A DNA stretch of 63,588 nucleotides, the filler included, from Octopus bimaculoides (lineage: Eukaryota), in assembly GCF_001194135.2 (NCBI RefSeq). It is 3 parts of 3 records of this genome, joined end to end, with 100 filler letters (N's around TTAATTAATTAA, not from the genome) between each part and the next. Parts side by side here need not be neighbours in the genome. Positions count along the whole stretch, not along the records: positions 1 to 31,389 come from NC_068989.1; positions 31,490 to 62,158 come from NC_068983.1; 1 more part is not named here. One strand, written 5' to 3'. Made by a program: the position numbers and the translations under genes. Below are positions 25,792 through 39,300 of the stretch, piece after piece (the stretch's first letter is position 1; the number at the start of each line of letters is the position of its first letter). The notes beneath the pieces were generated by a model, which saw nothing but the letters and a program-made list of their open reading frames with translations, made no database searches and was not told the DNA's origin.

Positions 25792-26397
25792 TTCTGTGTG
25801 AGTTAGAGTTTGTTAAACCAACCAACTAAGGGATAGTATCTATCCAATATACTGCTGGTAGTGTGCCCAATTATTCATAAGATATATTTAGATTAGAATA
25901 CTTAATAGCATAGAAATATATTTTAAGGCTGTTATATTGCTTTATTTTTTTTTTAAATGTTTAACTTTGTTTTCATTTTTTAATTAACAACGCTCAAGCT
26001 TGTAAACATATGGATTTAATTTCAATCTTATTGGATATGTGATTCCTAATATACTTAAAAAATTACACTGACGAGATTCTTGCTTAAAAAGCAATGAATT
26101 TTTATTATTTTATTATGGCCAAGAATTGAAACATTTGTATGTGATTTATATTTAATATTTATTACTTATATTGTATTATATTGTATTATTATATGAATAT
26201 AATATGATATACTATTATGCTAATAAATTTTAAGTTTTAATTTTTGAACTACCAATTGTTACACATCTCCATTTTCTATTAATTTTCATAAATTAATATA
26301 TACACATGCAATTTGTAATGTTTTTTCTCCGCAACATTGGGCATTTGATCGTGAAGCTAGTGAAAGATTATATGTTTTTCATCCCTATTTTCCAGGG

Positions 26398-26437
<40 letters not shown>

Positions 26438-26491
26438 AAAATTTAATAATAAGGGTAGAAATTGATATTAATCAAATAAAACCAGTGGTCT

Positions 26492-26530
<39 letters not shown>

Positions 26531-26604
26531 AATGACATAACTATATAAAATATATGAACTTATATACATATATACATATATACATATATACATATATATA
26601 TGTA

Positions 26605-26668
<64 letters not shown>

Positions 26669-27275
26669 TTTGTGTGTGTTTAGTCGTGGTACATATTTAG
26701 TATTATGTCTTTGTGTATTTCTTCAGCTGTTGTTTTTAGCATCCCTTTCATATTGTATGATGACACTGTTGTAAATTAACGCTTGATTTATAAATTTATT
26801 CATTAGCAAAATATATTGTTGAGCAATATTTTAAGAAAAATATTTTGTTACACTTTTGCTCTAAACTATATGTTTATTACCTGGTGCTATGATGGTTTTT
26901 GCCAATTATGATTAAAAGCGTAAATCAAGTTAGCAACATTGTATAGAAATTTTACAGAAATCATAACTAGAAAATTCGGTTACTTTCTTGAACTTTCTAA
27001 AAACATATTTTCATGAACTACGAAGTCCAAAGAACTAACTCCTTGAAATTTTCTCAAATGTCGAATGATATAAACCGAATCAAGAAAGAAATATTTTGGA
27101 CATTAAATTTTGTTTAACACTTATAACTTGTTCATATGAAAATAAATATGATTAATGTGATATTAATAAAATTAAGCTATGTGTTTGTTTTTTTAATTTT
27201 ATATTTTAATGAATAATCCTTGAAAAACTGCGTATCCTGAGGACAACGTAGATCAACAGCAATTTTTGCTCAATC

Positions 27276-27746
27276 CAATGGTTCTCAAACCTTTTTTTAA
27301 CTCATGAACCCCTTTCATTACTGTTTTTTCGTGGTGGACCAGGATTTTTAAAAACTAGTTTTATAGATACTTCTTTCAAAATTCCTATATTGTTGTTCGC
27401 ACGTTAACTTGTAAAACGTCCGAGGAATTAATTCAGATGTTTTAATATATACATCTACATCAGTGTTTCTCAATCTAGGGTCCACGTTCAATGGGGCCCG
27501 TGAACTAAATTCAAAATTTCATATATATATATATATATATACACGTACGGATAAACATATTAAAATGGGGCCGTGGGAAGACTCATTTAAATAAAAGTAT
27601 AAAAGTTTTTGGAACCGCTGCTGGGAACTACTGATCTTAATCAAACCTTTTACATGAACCCTTAATAAGCTATAGTGGGTTCCCAATTTATTAATTTGCT
27701 TGTGTTGACCCCAAAATCTTATAGGGTCCCTAGTTGAGAACCACTG
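27276..27746. mobile_element. hAT-type MITE (CA(A/G)TGGTTCTCAA termini) with a second MITE nested at about 27471-27633; related pieces at 62340-62518
   Basis: caatggttctcaaac...gttgagaaccactg; inner element starts cagtgtttctcaa. The 8-bp TSD is not cleanly preserved. Confidence 0.65.
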
Positions 27747-29279
27747 GTTTGAACCGATGACATTATGGCTTTGTTTCTTCTCTCTCAGGCCAATTCATGT
27801 TTGGCGTCTCTGTAAAAGTCTCTTTTGCAATTCGACAGGTTTTATTTCTGAGCTCGCTGGGAAATTTTAAGGTTTAGTCGCCGACCAGTCCATCTGAAAT
27901 ATGTACTTTAAATTTCTGTCGTGCGACTTAATGATGAATGCTTACATTACGGATAAATATATCTACAGTATACTTGCTTGTGTTGAGAGTATTTGCATGA
28001 ATCCTAACGTGGTACTACTGCCATTTGAGACTTTAGCAGGGGTTTTAAAGATCTAGATACCAATGCACATACATGAAGATTATTACAAGTGTGTGTTCTT
28101 AATTTACCTATGTCATTGCTGGACAAAGATAAATGTTTTATTATAAATGCATTTATTCTTTTCTACTCTAGGTACAAGATCCAAAATATTTGCGGAGTGG
28201 GCCAGTCGATTAGATCGATCCCAGTGCGCACTTTGCCCGGCGAGATAACGACTCTATCAACTCGCCGCCTTTAAAATGTGCAATATTGAGAACCACGTTT
28301 TTAAACATAATATCAGTGAGAAAAAAACTACTTCTCATAAGCTTTTGTTGCTCTCAGCTAATTTATTATATTAATTTTCATTGAACTGAATATTTCTAGA
28401 ATAGAAATACTAGTGTTAAACTGGTCAATAGAAGAATGTCAATTGACACATATAATAGCAATAGAAAATATATGACTAATAAATGTATGTACGTATGTAT
28501 TGTGTGACATGTGGTATGCGCCACACACCTATGAAATTTGAAGATATTGCCACAAACAACATTATATTTTAAACACGTCGCAAGTAAAAAATTTGCAGTA
28601 CAAGAATTTGTTGTTTCTTACTTCTGATCACTTAAAAGAGAAAATTTGATATCACTAGCAATAAGAAATGCATAATATAACATTCACTACGCATCGTAGG
28701 TACAGAATTAATTTCAGAAATGCAGTTGTTTGGGTCAACTATGAATATAATTCAAAACTGTATAAATTCATTGTCTGGGTCTATGAAAAACTAAACAAAT
28801 AATTGGTTGATTTTAAAATATGTACCGTCATTATAGTTAAATAATTATAAAGTTATCAATTAGATGGCGATATGCTTCTCTTTAGTGAATGCAATAAAAT
28901 GTTATCTCAGTCGGAAATATATTGTGAAGCACGGCAGCAATATGCCAATGGAAATTTACCACCTCTTATAGATTAGATCAGATTTTCTCATACATTCACT
29001 TCTCAATTCTTCAGTTGTTTACCTCAGTACAACACACAGAGACGCTCAGTTATGTAGCGTATAACAAGATAGCTGTTCATATGTTTATATTTATCACACC
29101 TTAATTGTATCACTATGCAAAACACTTAAGTTAGAAACCATTTAACTTGTCTTCTCTTAATGTAGCATATAATGCAACTCATTCGTTTATTACACCAATA
29201 CACTAACAAACACATGCACACATTCAGCCACAAAGCTACACATACATACTCGCTAACAACATATCTTCTTTCGATACAG

Positions 29280-29530
29280 GAACAAAAGAAAAGCCACTAT
29301 GTAGGATAGCCACGTATAAGGTTTGAAATCTAATGCCACACCACATATATTTAAGTGGAAAATAATCGAAAGTCAACAGATCAATGACATGTAAGCTATT
29401 CATAGCTGAAAGATTACAGATCCTTTTCAGATATAAGAACTCCACCGCACTGCTGAATTCCAGATCTGAAATTTGCAGAGGATGTAAATATATGGATAAA
29501 TTCCTGTCGGCGAATTGGAAAATACCACCC
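29280..29530 (+). mobile_element. Decayed Penelope-like GIY-YIG C-terminus
   Basis: KWKIIE in one frame, then CKLFIAERLQILFRYKNSTALLNSRSEICRGCKYMDKFLSANWK, resembling the PLE ending CxLCLxEKLxI...LLNKRSE...CRHxNKF. Confidence 0.6.
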
Positions 29531-30469
29531 TCTCTGGATCGAGGAACTGTATCGCACAATCTAGGTACCTATCCATACAAGAAAAGCATGACTCAGCTTA
29601 TATACTCCGTCAAGTTCTACAGCATGGAAAACACTACCTGCCTAACTCATTTATATTGTTCAGCTCTATCACCAATATCAAGAAACAACAATAACTATCT
29701 GAATATCTGACAATATAATAAAGATAAATGATATAGCAGAATGCTGATTTAAGTAATCGTTTTGTCGATTTTTGCTTAAATCTGTGTCGGTGCTAATCGA
29801 GAAAAACTATGACGTACAGGTTTTCGGCCGAAAATGCAAAGTGAGATACACAAAATTATTGGTTTTGATATGCCATGCAATTCTGTAGCTGATGACAACA
29901 TTCCACGCCTCGACAATGTGTGACATTATGGACGTGAATTCTCTCAATCCTCCAGTCTATTTCTGTATGTCTGTATACTCCGGTGGAGACTATAGAAGCT
30001 GAGGGCACGATGGACGCGGTCAGTGTATGAAAGTTGCTATTCTTCTTCACTTACTGCTTAATACTGGCGAATATACCTATATAGCATTTGGAAGCGACTG
30101 TTGTTACAGCTATTTCTGTGTATTTATGTGGCATTTAATGTTTGCCTGGGCCTAGTCAGTGTAGTGCATTGTCTAGGCCTAGTCAGTGTAGAGCACTTGA
30201 CGCTTAATGTGGTTTCTTGTGAAAGGTTTAAATACACAGGCAAGACTGGCATAATCTGTGATGACTTTTGCCTTATATATGTACCCGCCTTCTTGTGTCT
30301 TTTCTCTCCTTTTTCTTAATGAAATGTAGTACATGTAAGTGCGCCACACATATTAATTCCTCTTTTGACTTCGTTTACTGGTACCTTCTCAATGAGTTTT
30401 GTATGTTTTGTACTAAGGATGACGTCTGTGCGCATTCATTGTTTATCTTCTATATTTCATATTTTACTT

Positions 30470-30683
30470 GTTCCAGTCATTACACTGCGGCCATGCTGGA
30501 GCAACGCCTTGAGGGGTTTTAGCTGAACAAATAGACCCCAGAATTTATTTTTTAAAGCCTGGTACTTATTCTATCGGTTACTTTTGCCGAACCGTTAAGT
30601 TACGGGGACGTAAACATGCCAACACCAGCTGTCAAGCGGTGGTGGAGGACAAACACAGACACAGGCACAGACAGATAGACAGA

Positions 30684-30723
<40 letters not shown>

Positions 30724-30725
30724 NN
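30470..30725 (-). mobile_element. 3' half of the dominant tRNA-derived SINE
   Basis: Reverse complement of 'cttagcggttcggcaaaag...gatagaataagtac...ggcg.tgctccagcatggccgcag'. Confidence 0.85.
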
Positions 30726-30733
30726 NNNNNNNN

Positions 30734-30764
<31 letters not shown>

Positions 30765-31164
30765 TTCAAAGATAAGATCCAGATATTCTCGTATGAAATA
30801 TACTTAGTAGTACTCAACGAATTCAAACTTAGACGCCGATGTCTTTACAGGGGATATTCCACAAGGTAAAAAAAAGGCAAAGAGGGATCAGGTTGAGCGA
30901 GTATAGAAGCAGAGGAGTTCTTTGAACTTCTCTGCATTAAGGTCTTCTCATCCTATGTTAAATACATTCATACGGCCGCATTTTCTGAGACCCCAGAAAC
31001 AGCTGTTGGATTGTAATAATTTTCTTCCACACCTTTAATTTTCTGCCATATGTAATCTGTGTACGTTGGACCTTTATATATGTATACATATATACCTATT
31101 TTGTATTTGATGTACTTAATATTCCTTATATATTGATATGAGTATTTTGCTTACACTCTACCAA

Positions 31165-31201
<37 letters not shown>

Positions 31202-31389
31202 CTTCTCACGGACGTGCTGTCACATCGGCTGCGAAGGTAAACGTTTATTTGACCTTTTACTGTCCACATTTTGTTGGAATTTTTAAATAATTTTGTTGCG
31301 AAGCACCTAGGCTTCATTTGTGTGTATTTTCAAGGGCAGGAATTGACCCCCAGGGGCAGTTTCGGCCCTAGCAAAATACAAAAATTTCC

Positions 31390-31489
31390 NNNNNNNNNNN
31401 NNNNNNNNNNNNNNNNNNNNNNNNNNNNNNNNNTTAATTAATTAANNNNNNNNNNNNNNNNNNNNNNNNNNNNNNNNNNNNNNNNNNNN
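31390..31489. other. Artificial scaffold spacer, 44N-TTAATTAATTAA-44N (stops in all six frames)
   Basis: Exactly 100 bp and identical in layout to 62159-62258. Confidence 0.95.
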
Positions 31490-32331
31490 AAGAAGCATCA
31501 GATATGGTGTGGAAGAGAGACGACTATGCTGGTATGTTCATGTGGCGAGAATGGATGAGTATAGCTGTGTGAAACAGTGCCACACCCTAGCAGTTGAGGG
31601 AACCTGTGGAAGAGGTAGACCCAGGAAAACCTGGGATGAGGTGGTGAAGCACGAACATTAGGCCTCACCAAGGCAATGACTAGTCACCGAGACCTTTGGA
31701 TATATGCAGTGCTTGAGAAGACCTGGCAAGCCAAGTGTGACCATAACCTGTGGCCTATGCCTGGGCTGTAACCAGCCCACTTATGCATACCTTTCCTTCA
31801 TTGGACACTAAACTCTGCTTGCGAATACCTGTTGAAGCTAGTGAAATCAAAATCAAATCAAATTCGCAAATTTGATGCCTGGCACCTATGCCAGTGGAGT
31901 GCTAACAGCAACATCCAAGTGTGATTGTGGCCAGAGGAGCTGATTGGCTTCCTAGCCAGTGGCACCTAAAAAGCACCATTCGAATGTGATCGTTACCAGC
32001 GTCGTCTTACTGGCACTTGAAAAAACATTCAAGCAAGGTCGTTGCCAGTGCCACTGGACTGGCTCCTGCGCAGGTGGCACGTAAAAAACACCACTTCAAC
32101 ATGGCTGTTGCCAGTACCATCTTACTGGCCCTCGTGCCGGTGACACGTAAAAGCACCCGCTACATTCTCTGAGTGGTTGGCGTTAGGAAGGGCATCCAGC
32201 TGTAGAAACTCTGCCAAATTAGATTGGAGCCTGGTGTAGCCATCCGGTTGCACCAGTCCTCAGTCAAATCGTCCAACCCATGCTAACATGGAAAGCGGAC
32301 GTTAAACGATGATGATGATGATGATGATGAT
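31490..32331 (+). mobile_element. RTE LINE 3' portion: end of ORF, 3' UTR and (GAT)n tail
   Basis: RLCWYVHVARMDEYSCVKQCHTLAVEGTCGRGRPRKTWDEVVKH, a UTR homologous to the other RTE copies, ending ttaaacgatgatgat. Confidence 0.9.
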
Positions 32332-33134
32332 ATATAGAAATTAAATAAATAAAGAATTTTGACATGTACGAATATTTATTTCCCCCCACTGTATATATAT
32401 ATATATATATATATAAATGTGCTGTGCGTGAGAAGACCCGGCAAGCCAAGTNNNNNNNNNNNNNNNNNNNNNNNNNNNNNNNNNNNNNNNNNNNNNNNNN
32501 NNNNNNNNNNNNNNNNNNNNNNNNNNNNNNNNNNNNNNNNNNNNNNNNNNNNNNNNNNNNNNNNNNNNNNNNNNNNNNNNNNNNNNNNNNNNNNNNNNNN
32601 NNNNNNNNNNNNNNNNNNNNNNNNNNNNNNNNNNNNNNNNNNNNNNNNNNNNNNNNNNNNNNNNNNNNNNNNNNNNNNNNNNNNNNNNNNNNNNNNNNNN
32701 NNNNNNNNNNNNNNNNNNNNNNNNNNNNNNNNNNNNNNNNNNNNNNNNNNNNNNNNNNNNNNNNNNNNNNNNNNNNNNNNNNNNNNNNNNNNNNNNNNNN
32801 NNNNNNNNNNNNNNNNNNNNNNNNNNNNNNNNNNNNNNNNNNNNNNNNNNNNNNNNNNNNNNNNNNNNNNNNNNNNNNNNNNNNNNNNNNNNNNNNNNNN
32901 NNNNNNNNNNNNNNNNNNNNNNNNNNNNNNNNNNNNNNNNNNNNNNNNNNNNNNNNNNNNNNNNNNNNNNNNNNNNNNNNNNNNNNNNNNNNNNNNNNNN
33001 NNNNNNNNNNNNNNNNNNNNNNNNNNNNNNNNNNNNNNNNNNNNNNNNNNNNNNNNNNNNNNNNNNNNNNNNNNNNNNNNNNNNNNNNNNNNNNNNNNNN
33101 NNNNNNNNNNNNNNNNNNNNNNNNTATATATATA

Positions 33135-34305
33135 CAGGGGTTGGACAAAATAAGGGGAACCCCCTTAGAGTTGTAGGACTGCCTTTGGCACTAATTACAG
33201 CTTGAATTCTGTGCGGTATGAACTTGTACAAAGTGTGAATTGTTTCCAAACGAAATTTTGTCCATTCTTCAGCTAAAGCAGTCTCCAATTCTTGTAGTGA
33301 TGATGGTAGAGGATATCAACTCCTTACTTGTTTTTCTAAAATGCACCAGAAATTTTCAATAATGTTGAAATATTGAGATCTGGGGACTGTGGTGGCCAGG
33401 TAAGATGCTCAACTTCACTAGAATGTCCCCTGTGCCATTCAATAACAGCTTTAACTGTGTGAATTGGTTCTGCAACCATAGGATGAATTTGATCAGATAA
33501 AATACTTAAATAATCTTGACTATTAATTCTGCCATGAAGGGAAACCGTTGGTCCTGCAGATTTCCAAGATATAGACCCCCACAGTCATCTCAGAATCTTC
33601 TTCCTGTTTAACAGTTAGAAGAAGGCTGTCTCCACATGTATACTCGGCCGGTGGTCAGAAATAAGGTAAAGGATGACTCATCCGAGAAAATAACATTCTT
33701 CCACTGCTCTAGGGACCAATTCTGTAGGCTTTTACTCCACTCTAAACGATTTGCAATTTTTATTTTTGAAAGTAGTGGTTTTCTGATTGTAGCCCTCCCC
33801 TGAAATCCGGCTTTGTGCAGCTCCCAGCAAACAGTTTTTGTGGAAACTGGATTCTCAAGGTTGTCATTAAGCTCTGCTGTAATTTTGGGAGCTGTACTTT
33901 TGTGATCCTTTCTAACAATTCGTGTAAGAGTCCGATGGACCCTTTCTGAAGGTTTTGGTTTTCTTCTGGAGTTTTGATGAGCAGGTTTTTCCCTCTTTCT
34001 CAAAGGCTGTCATTATTCTTGAGATAGTACTTCTTGATATACCTAATATTTTTGCTGTTTTCGTTACCCTAGCACCTGCCATACGAGCTCCAACAATTTA
34101 ACCTTTTTGAAAGTCCTGCAGATATGTCATTTTAATGAATTTTAATTACCCTTTCCTGGCAATATCTGAAAAGAAACAACAATTTTAGCAAAACATATTC
34201 AGCAGCACTAATAGTAAATCAAAAAACATAAATAAGCTTTTGACTGTTTTATAGATATTTCAAAATTATGATGCTAGGTGTTTCCATCATTTTGTCCAAC
34301 CCCTG
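33135..34305 (-). mobile_element. Tc1-like DNA transposon, decayed, with TIRs and TA TSD
   Basis: TA-caggggttggacaaaat ... attttgtccaacccctg-TA; KPLLS...RLEWS...WSLEQWKNVIFSDESSF. Confidence 0.95.
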
Positions 34306-34309
34306 TATG

Positions 34310-34340
<31 letters not shown>

Positions 34341-34353
34341 NNNNNNNNNNATA

Positions 34354-34389
<36 letters not shown>

Positions 34390-34949
34390 TGTATGTATGT
34401 ATGTGTGTGTGTGTGTGTGTGTTTGAAGGCGCATGGCTTACGATTGTTGTGAGTTCGAATTCTGGACCGAGCTGCGTGTTGTGTTCTTGAGCAAGACACT
34501 TTATTTCACATCGCTTCAGTTCACTCAGCTGTAGAAATGAGTTGTGACATCACAGGTGTGAAGCTGTATCGGTCTTTGCCTTTCCCATGGATAACACTGA
34601 TGGCGTGGAGAGGGGAGGCCGGTATGCATGGGCGACTGCTTGTGCGATCCCATGGTCAATCATGACCGAAGGGTGTCTCAGCATATATATATACTGACAT
34701 TACAGTAGAGTGATGTTATTGTTTCACTTTTGACACGTAATATTGAAATAGTGGAGGAGATATGATATTGCTGTGGGCTCAAACTATGCAAGAAGTTAAA
34801 AAATTTTTTGGCTTAAGACACTACATGGACCCGAAGTAAGGCATGTGTGAATTTTGAATGAAATTGGTTGTGTAGTTCTCGAGTTTTAGGGATTCACACA
34901 GACACATTCTCATCTTTATATATATAGATATATACACACACACACCCAA

Positions 34950-34981
<32 letters not shown>

Positions 34982-36150
34982 GTATTTATACGAGTGTATG
35001 TATGTGTGTATATATGTGCGTATACATGAGTATATATGATTATATACATTTATCTCTGCACTTTTTGTAGAAATACAAGATTAACTCCCCTTTTATGATC
35101 CCATTATTTACATAACATTCCTCTCCAATTTTTATCGGATTTAAATCATCTTATTATCTCCCAACTTTACACTGAATTTTCTTTCTTTTTTTCTTTCCTT
35201 CTTTTCTTCCCTTCTTGCCCAACGTACTGTCTGGTAGCGTCCTAATCTCCAACGGCTTTTTCAAATAAATTACATAACATTCTTCTCCAACTACAGTTCT
35301 CATATTCAGTTAAAATGTCTTGCGTTTAAGCTGGTTCCCATGCATTTCCCTGAAGAGAAGATTACATTCTTATCAACATCACCTATTCCTATGGAAGGTA
35401 TAATTTGTAATCTTCGAAACATGTTGGAAATAAAAGTATGCAGTTAACATATGCGTTTTACTCCATTCACTAAATTTATATATACTCAAGTACCCAAAAT
35501 AACAAGGAGTTTCTACCTCATAAACAGGAGTTACACCACAGTCATTTTGTGATCTTTGCTACCCTGGTATCTATTAACCAATTTATTTTGTCTGAGTTAT
35601 TTATTGATTAGGAGAAAATAAATACATATAATAAAATATATATATATATATATATAACACACATTATTCCTAAAAGCGCTCAGATTTCTAACTTTCTTCC
35701 AAGTATGTGGGAACCTCAAATTATTTTTTTTCCTCTTCCGTACATTCCGTGTAATAATTACTTCCTGCAGTAACCAATTCAAAGGAAAAAATAAACAAAA
35801 TGGTTTCATTTCCTTGGAAAGACTGTGACTAGGTCTAATATCTTCCTAGGTATAACTACAAAAAATAGATTTTCAATTCTTACTATATTCAGGTGCAAAT
35901 TCACGTTTTTTTTTTTATTACTATTGGAACTAGTCAGAATTGTTTCGCTTTCATTATTACATGCATGGTTTTAATGTTTGGCATATATTTTCTTAGATTT
36001 TTCTGTCTTCTGTTGAAGAAACTCTGAATCGAAACTCTCCTTGACAACATGAAACTGGCATCCATTGAAACATTTCAGAATATCAAAGTGGAGAAAAATG
36101 ATAAAAAGATCTCCAAAAATTCACAACTCTCAGTATCACATACAATAATG

Positions 36151-36307
36151 GTGGACAGTGTGTAAGAAGCTTGCTTCCCAACCACATGATTCTGGGTTAT
36201 GCCCCACTGCATGGTACCTTCGGCAAGTGTCTTCTAATATAGCCTCAGGCCAGCCAAAGCCTTGTGAGTGGATTTGGTAGACAGAAACTGGAAGAAGCCC
36301 ATTGTAT
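36151..36307 (+). mobile_element. Dominant tRNA-derived SINE, 5' half; the 3' half resumes at 40137-40366 after the RTE insertion
   Basis: Colinear with the intact copy at 53935-54290 up to the central TA tract. Confidence 0.8.
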
Positions 36308-39300
36308 CATCATCGTCGTTTAACGTATGCTTTCCATGCTAGCATGGGTTGGATGATTTGACTGAGGACTGGTGAACCAGATGGTTACACCAGGCTCCAA
36401 TCTGATTTGGCAGTTTCTACAGCTGGATGCCCTTCCTAACGCCAACCACTCCAAGAGTGTACTGGGTGCTTTTACATGCCACCGGCACGAAGGCCAGTCA
36501 GCAGGTGCTGGTAACAGCCATGCTCAGAATGGTGTATTTTACATGCCACCTGCACAGGAGCCAGTCCAGCAGTACTGGCAACGAACTCGCTCGAATGTCT
36601 TTTCACGTGCCAGTGACACGTAAATAGCACCAGTTGAGCGTGATCGTTACCAACGTCGCCTTCCTGGCACTTGTGCTGGTGCTCTCGCAACAATTACGCT
36701 CAGACGGTGCCTTGGGTGATCTACTGGTACAGGTGCCATCACGATTTCACTTTCACTTGCCCCAACAGGTCTTCGCAAGCCGAGTTTAGTGTTCAATGAA
36801 GAGACGCTGGCATAGGTACCAGTCTACAAATTTAGTTCAATTTCGATTTCACTTGCCTCAACAGGTCTCCACAAGCAGAATTTAGTGTCCAATGAAGGAA
36901 TGTTACGCGTGTGGGCTGGCTACATCCCTGGCAGAGGCCTTGGATTTTGGTCTCACTTGGCTTGCCGGGTCTTCTCATGCACAGCATATTTCTAAAGGTC
37001 TCGGTCACAAGTCATTGCCTCGGTGAGGCCTATGTTCAGAGGTCGTGCTTCACCACCTCATCCCAAGTCTTTCTGAGCCTGCCTCTTCCACGGGTTCCCA
37101 CAACTGCTAGGGTGTAGCTCTTTTTCACACAGCTATCCCCATCCATTCTCGCCACATGTCCATACCAGCGCAATCGTCTCACTTGCACACCACAACTGAT
37201 GCTTTTTATGTTCAGCTTTTCTTTCAAGATACTTACACTCTGTCGAGTTTGCACACTGACATTATTCATCCATCGGAGTATACTGGCTTCATTCTTTGCG
37301 AGCTTACGCATGTCCTCAGCAGTCACAGCCCATGTTTCACTGCCATGTAGCATGGCTGTTCATACACATGCGTCATACAGTCTGCCTTTTACTCTGAGTG
37401 TGAGGCCCTTTGTCTCCAGCAGAGGTAAGAGCTCTCCGAACTTTGCCCAGGCTATTCTTATTCTAGCAGCTACACTTTCAGTGCACCCACTTCCACTACT
37501 AACTTGGTCACCCAAATATTGGAAGCTATCAACTACGTCCAGTTTTTCTCCCTGGAATGTGACAGAAGTTGTTTTCTGCACATTTTCAGTGTTTATTGCA
37601 CCTGAACATCTGCCACATATAAAAACTAACTTCCTAGTTAACCTGCCTNNNNNNNNNNNNNNNNNNNNNNNNNNNNNNNNNNNNNNNNNNNNNNNNNNNN
37701 NNNNNNNNNNNNNNNNNNNNNNNNNNNNNNNNNNNNNNNNNNNNNNNNNNNNNNNNNNNNNNNNNNNNNNNNNNNNNNNNNNNNNNNNNNNNNNTCTTAT
37801 GTGTCCATAGCTTGCACTGGGTACATCGTATAGAGTTTCTACCTACACCTTTTCTACATATCGAGCAGGGCCATCTACCTGAAGGGGGTTGTGTTTTGTC
37901 TACCTTCCTACTTATTAGGACTTTGGTTTTAGCTAGATTGACTCTAAGGCCCTCGATTCTAGTCCCTGCTTCCACACCTGAAACTTCTCCTCTAGTTCTG
38001 ATAGTGACTCAGCAATTAGTGCAAGTTCATCAGCATAGAGGAGCTCCCAAGAGCATCCTGTCTTGAATTCCTCTGTTATTGCCTGGAGGACTATGATAAA
38101 TAGGAGGGGGCTGAGGACCCCTGCCTCTACCTGGAATTCTTCACTGTACTTATTGCCAACCCTCACCCTACTGACAGTGTCCTTGTACATGGCTCACACA
38201 GCTCTCACTAACCATTCTTCTATCCCTAGTTTCCTCATTGACCACCAGATAAGGGATCAGGGGTCCCTGTCAAAAGCTTTCTCCATGTCAACGAAAGCCA
38301 GGTACAGAGGTTTATCCTTGGCTAGGTATATCTCCTGCAGCTGTCTTACCAGAAATATAGCATCAGTAGTGCTTTGCCCTGGCACGAACCCAAAGTGCAT
38401 CTCATCTAACCTGTCTTGCTCCCTAATTAGTTGGGCTATGACCGTCTCCGTGACTTTCATGACCTGATCTAACAACTTGATACCTCTGTAATTATTTGTA
38501 TCTAAAGCATCACCTTTACCTTTGTAGCAGTTGACTATGGTGCTGCTACACCAGTCATTGAGTATGACTCCTTCGTGTATCACCTGGTTAAAAATACGGG
38601 TGACTAGGCTATACCCGACACTGCCAGATATTTTGAGCATCTCTGCAGTGATTCCTGATGGTCCGGGGGCTTTCCCTGTCTTCATACTCTGAATTGTTTT
38701 ATCTACCATGGTACTGTCAATTCGGATAGCTGGTCCATCTGTTGGGTCGACATTCGGCAAACTCTCTTTCTCCCATTCATTCTCTTTATTGAGCGATCTT
38801 TCGTAGTCGCATCTCTAAACCTCTTTCTTTGCAGCCTCATTTAGTGCAAGTGTACCATCATCCATGTGAACACATTTCTCTCCCACGACATCACGATTCT
38901 CTCTCACACACTGTCTTGCAACATGAAAGACTTCAAGTCTTTGGTCCTCACGGCACAGAACATTGGCAAACTTTTTCTTATCTGCTTCCCCTCTGGCTAA
39001 GTAAACCTTTCTCCTAGCTGCCCTTCTGGCAGTCTGATACAATTCCCTGCTACCACCATTCTTCCAGTCTTTCCAACCCTGTTTCTCTTGTCTTATAGCC
39101 GTGTCAACCACATTGTTCCACTACCACATTACCTTGGGTCGAGAGGGGACTTTACGCCAGCCACAGATCTGGTCAGTGGCTCTCAGCAGGTTGTCCCGTA
39201 CAAACCTTCAGTTGTCTTCCACGTTGTATGATGCTATATCCCCTTCTATTTCGTCAAATGCTTCAAGTAGTATATCTCTAAATCTCTGTCCATTCGCAGG

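Noticed and set aside
27789-27838. Good acceptor followed by QFMFGVSVKVSFAIRQ
   Set aside because: The donor is weak (GTTTTA), and gccaattcatgtt also occurs at about 22030, suggesting a repeat.
29236-29710. Overlapping 107-108 aa ORFs on both strands as a host gene
   Set aside because: Better explained as a decayed Penelope GIY-YIG end on the + strand; the minus ORF is its shadow.
35340-35397. ATG...GAAG|GTATAA phase-1 unit that could splice to staufen 42279
   Set aside because: The phase fits, but the peptide has no similarity to the Staufen dsRBD1 linker and there is no other support.
36470-36660. Repeat-spacer pattern resembling a CRISPR array
   Set aside because: The repeats are degenerate, lie inside an RTE 3' UTR in a eukaryotic context, and no cas genes are present.
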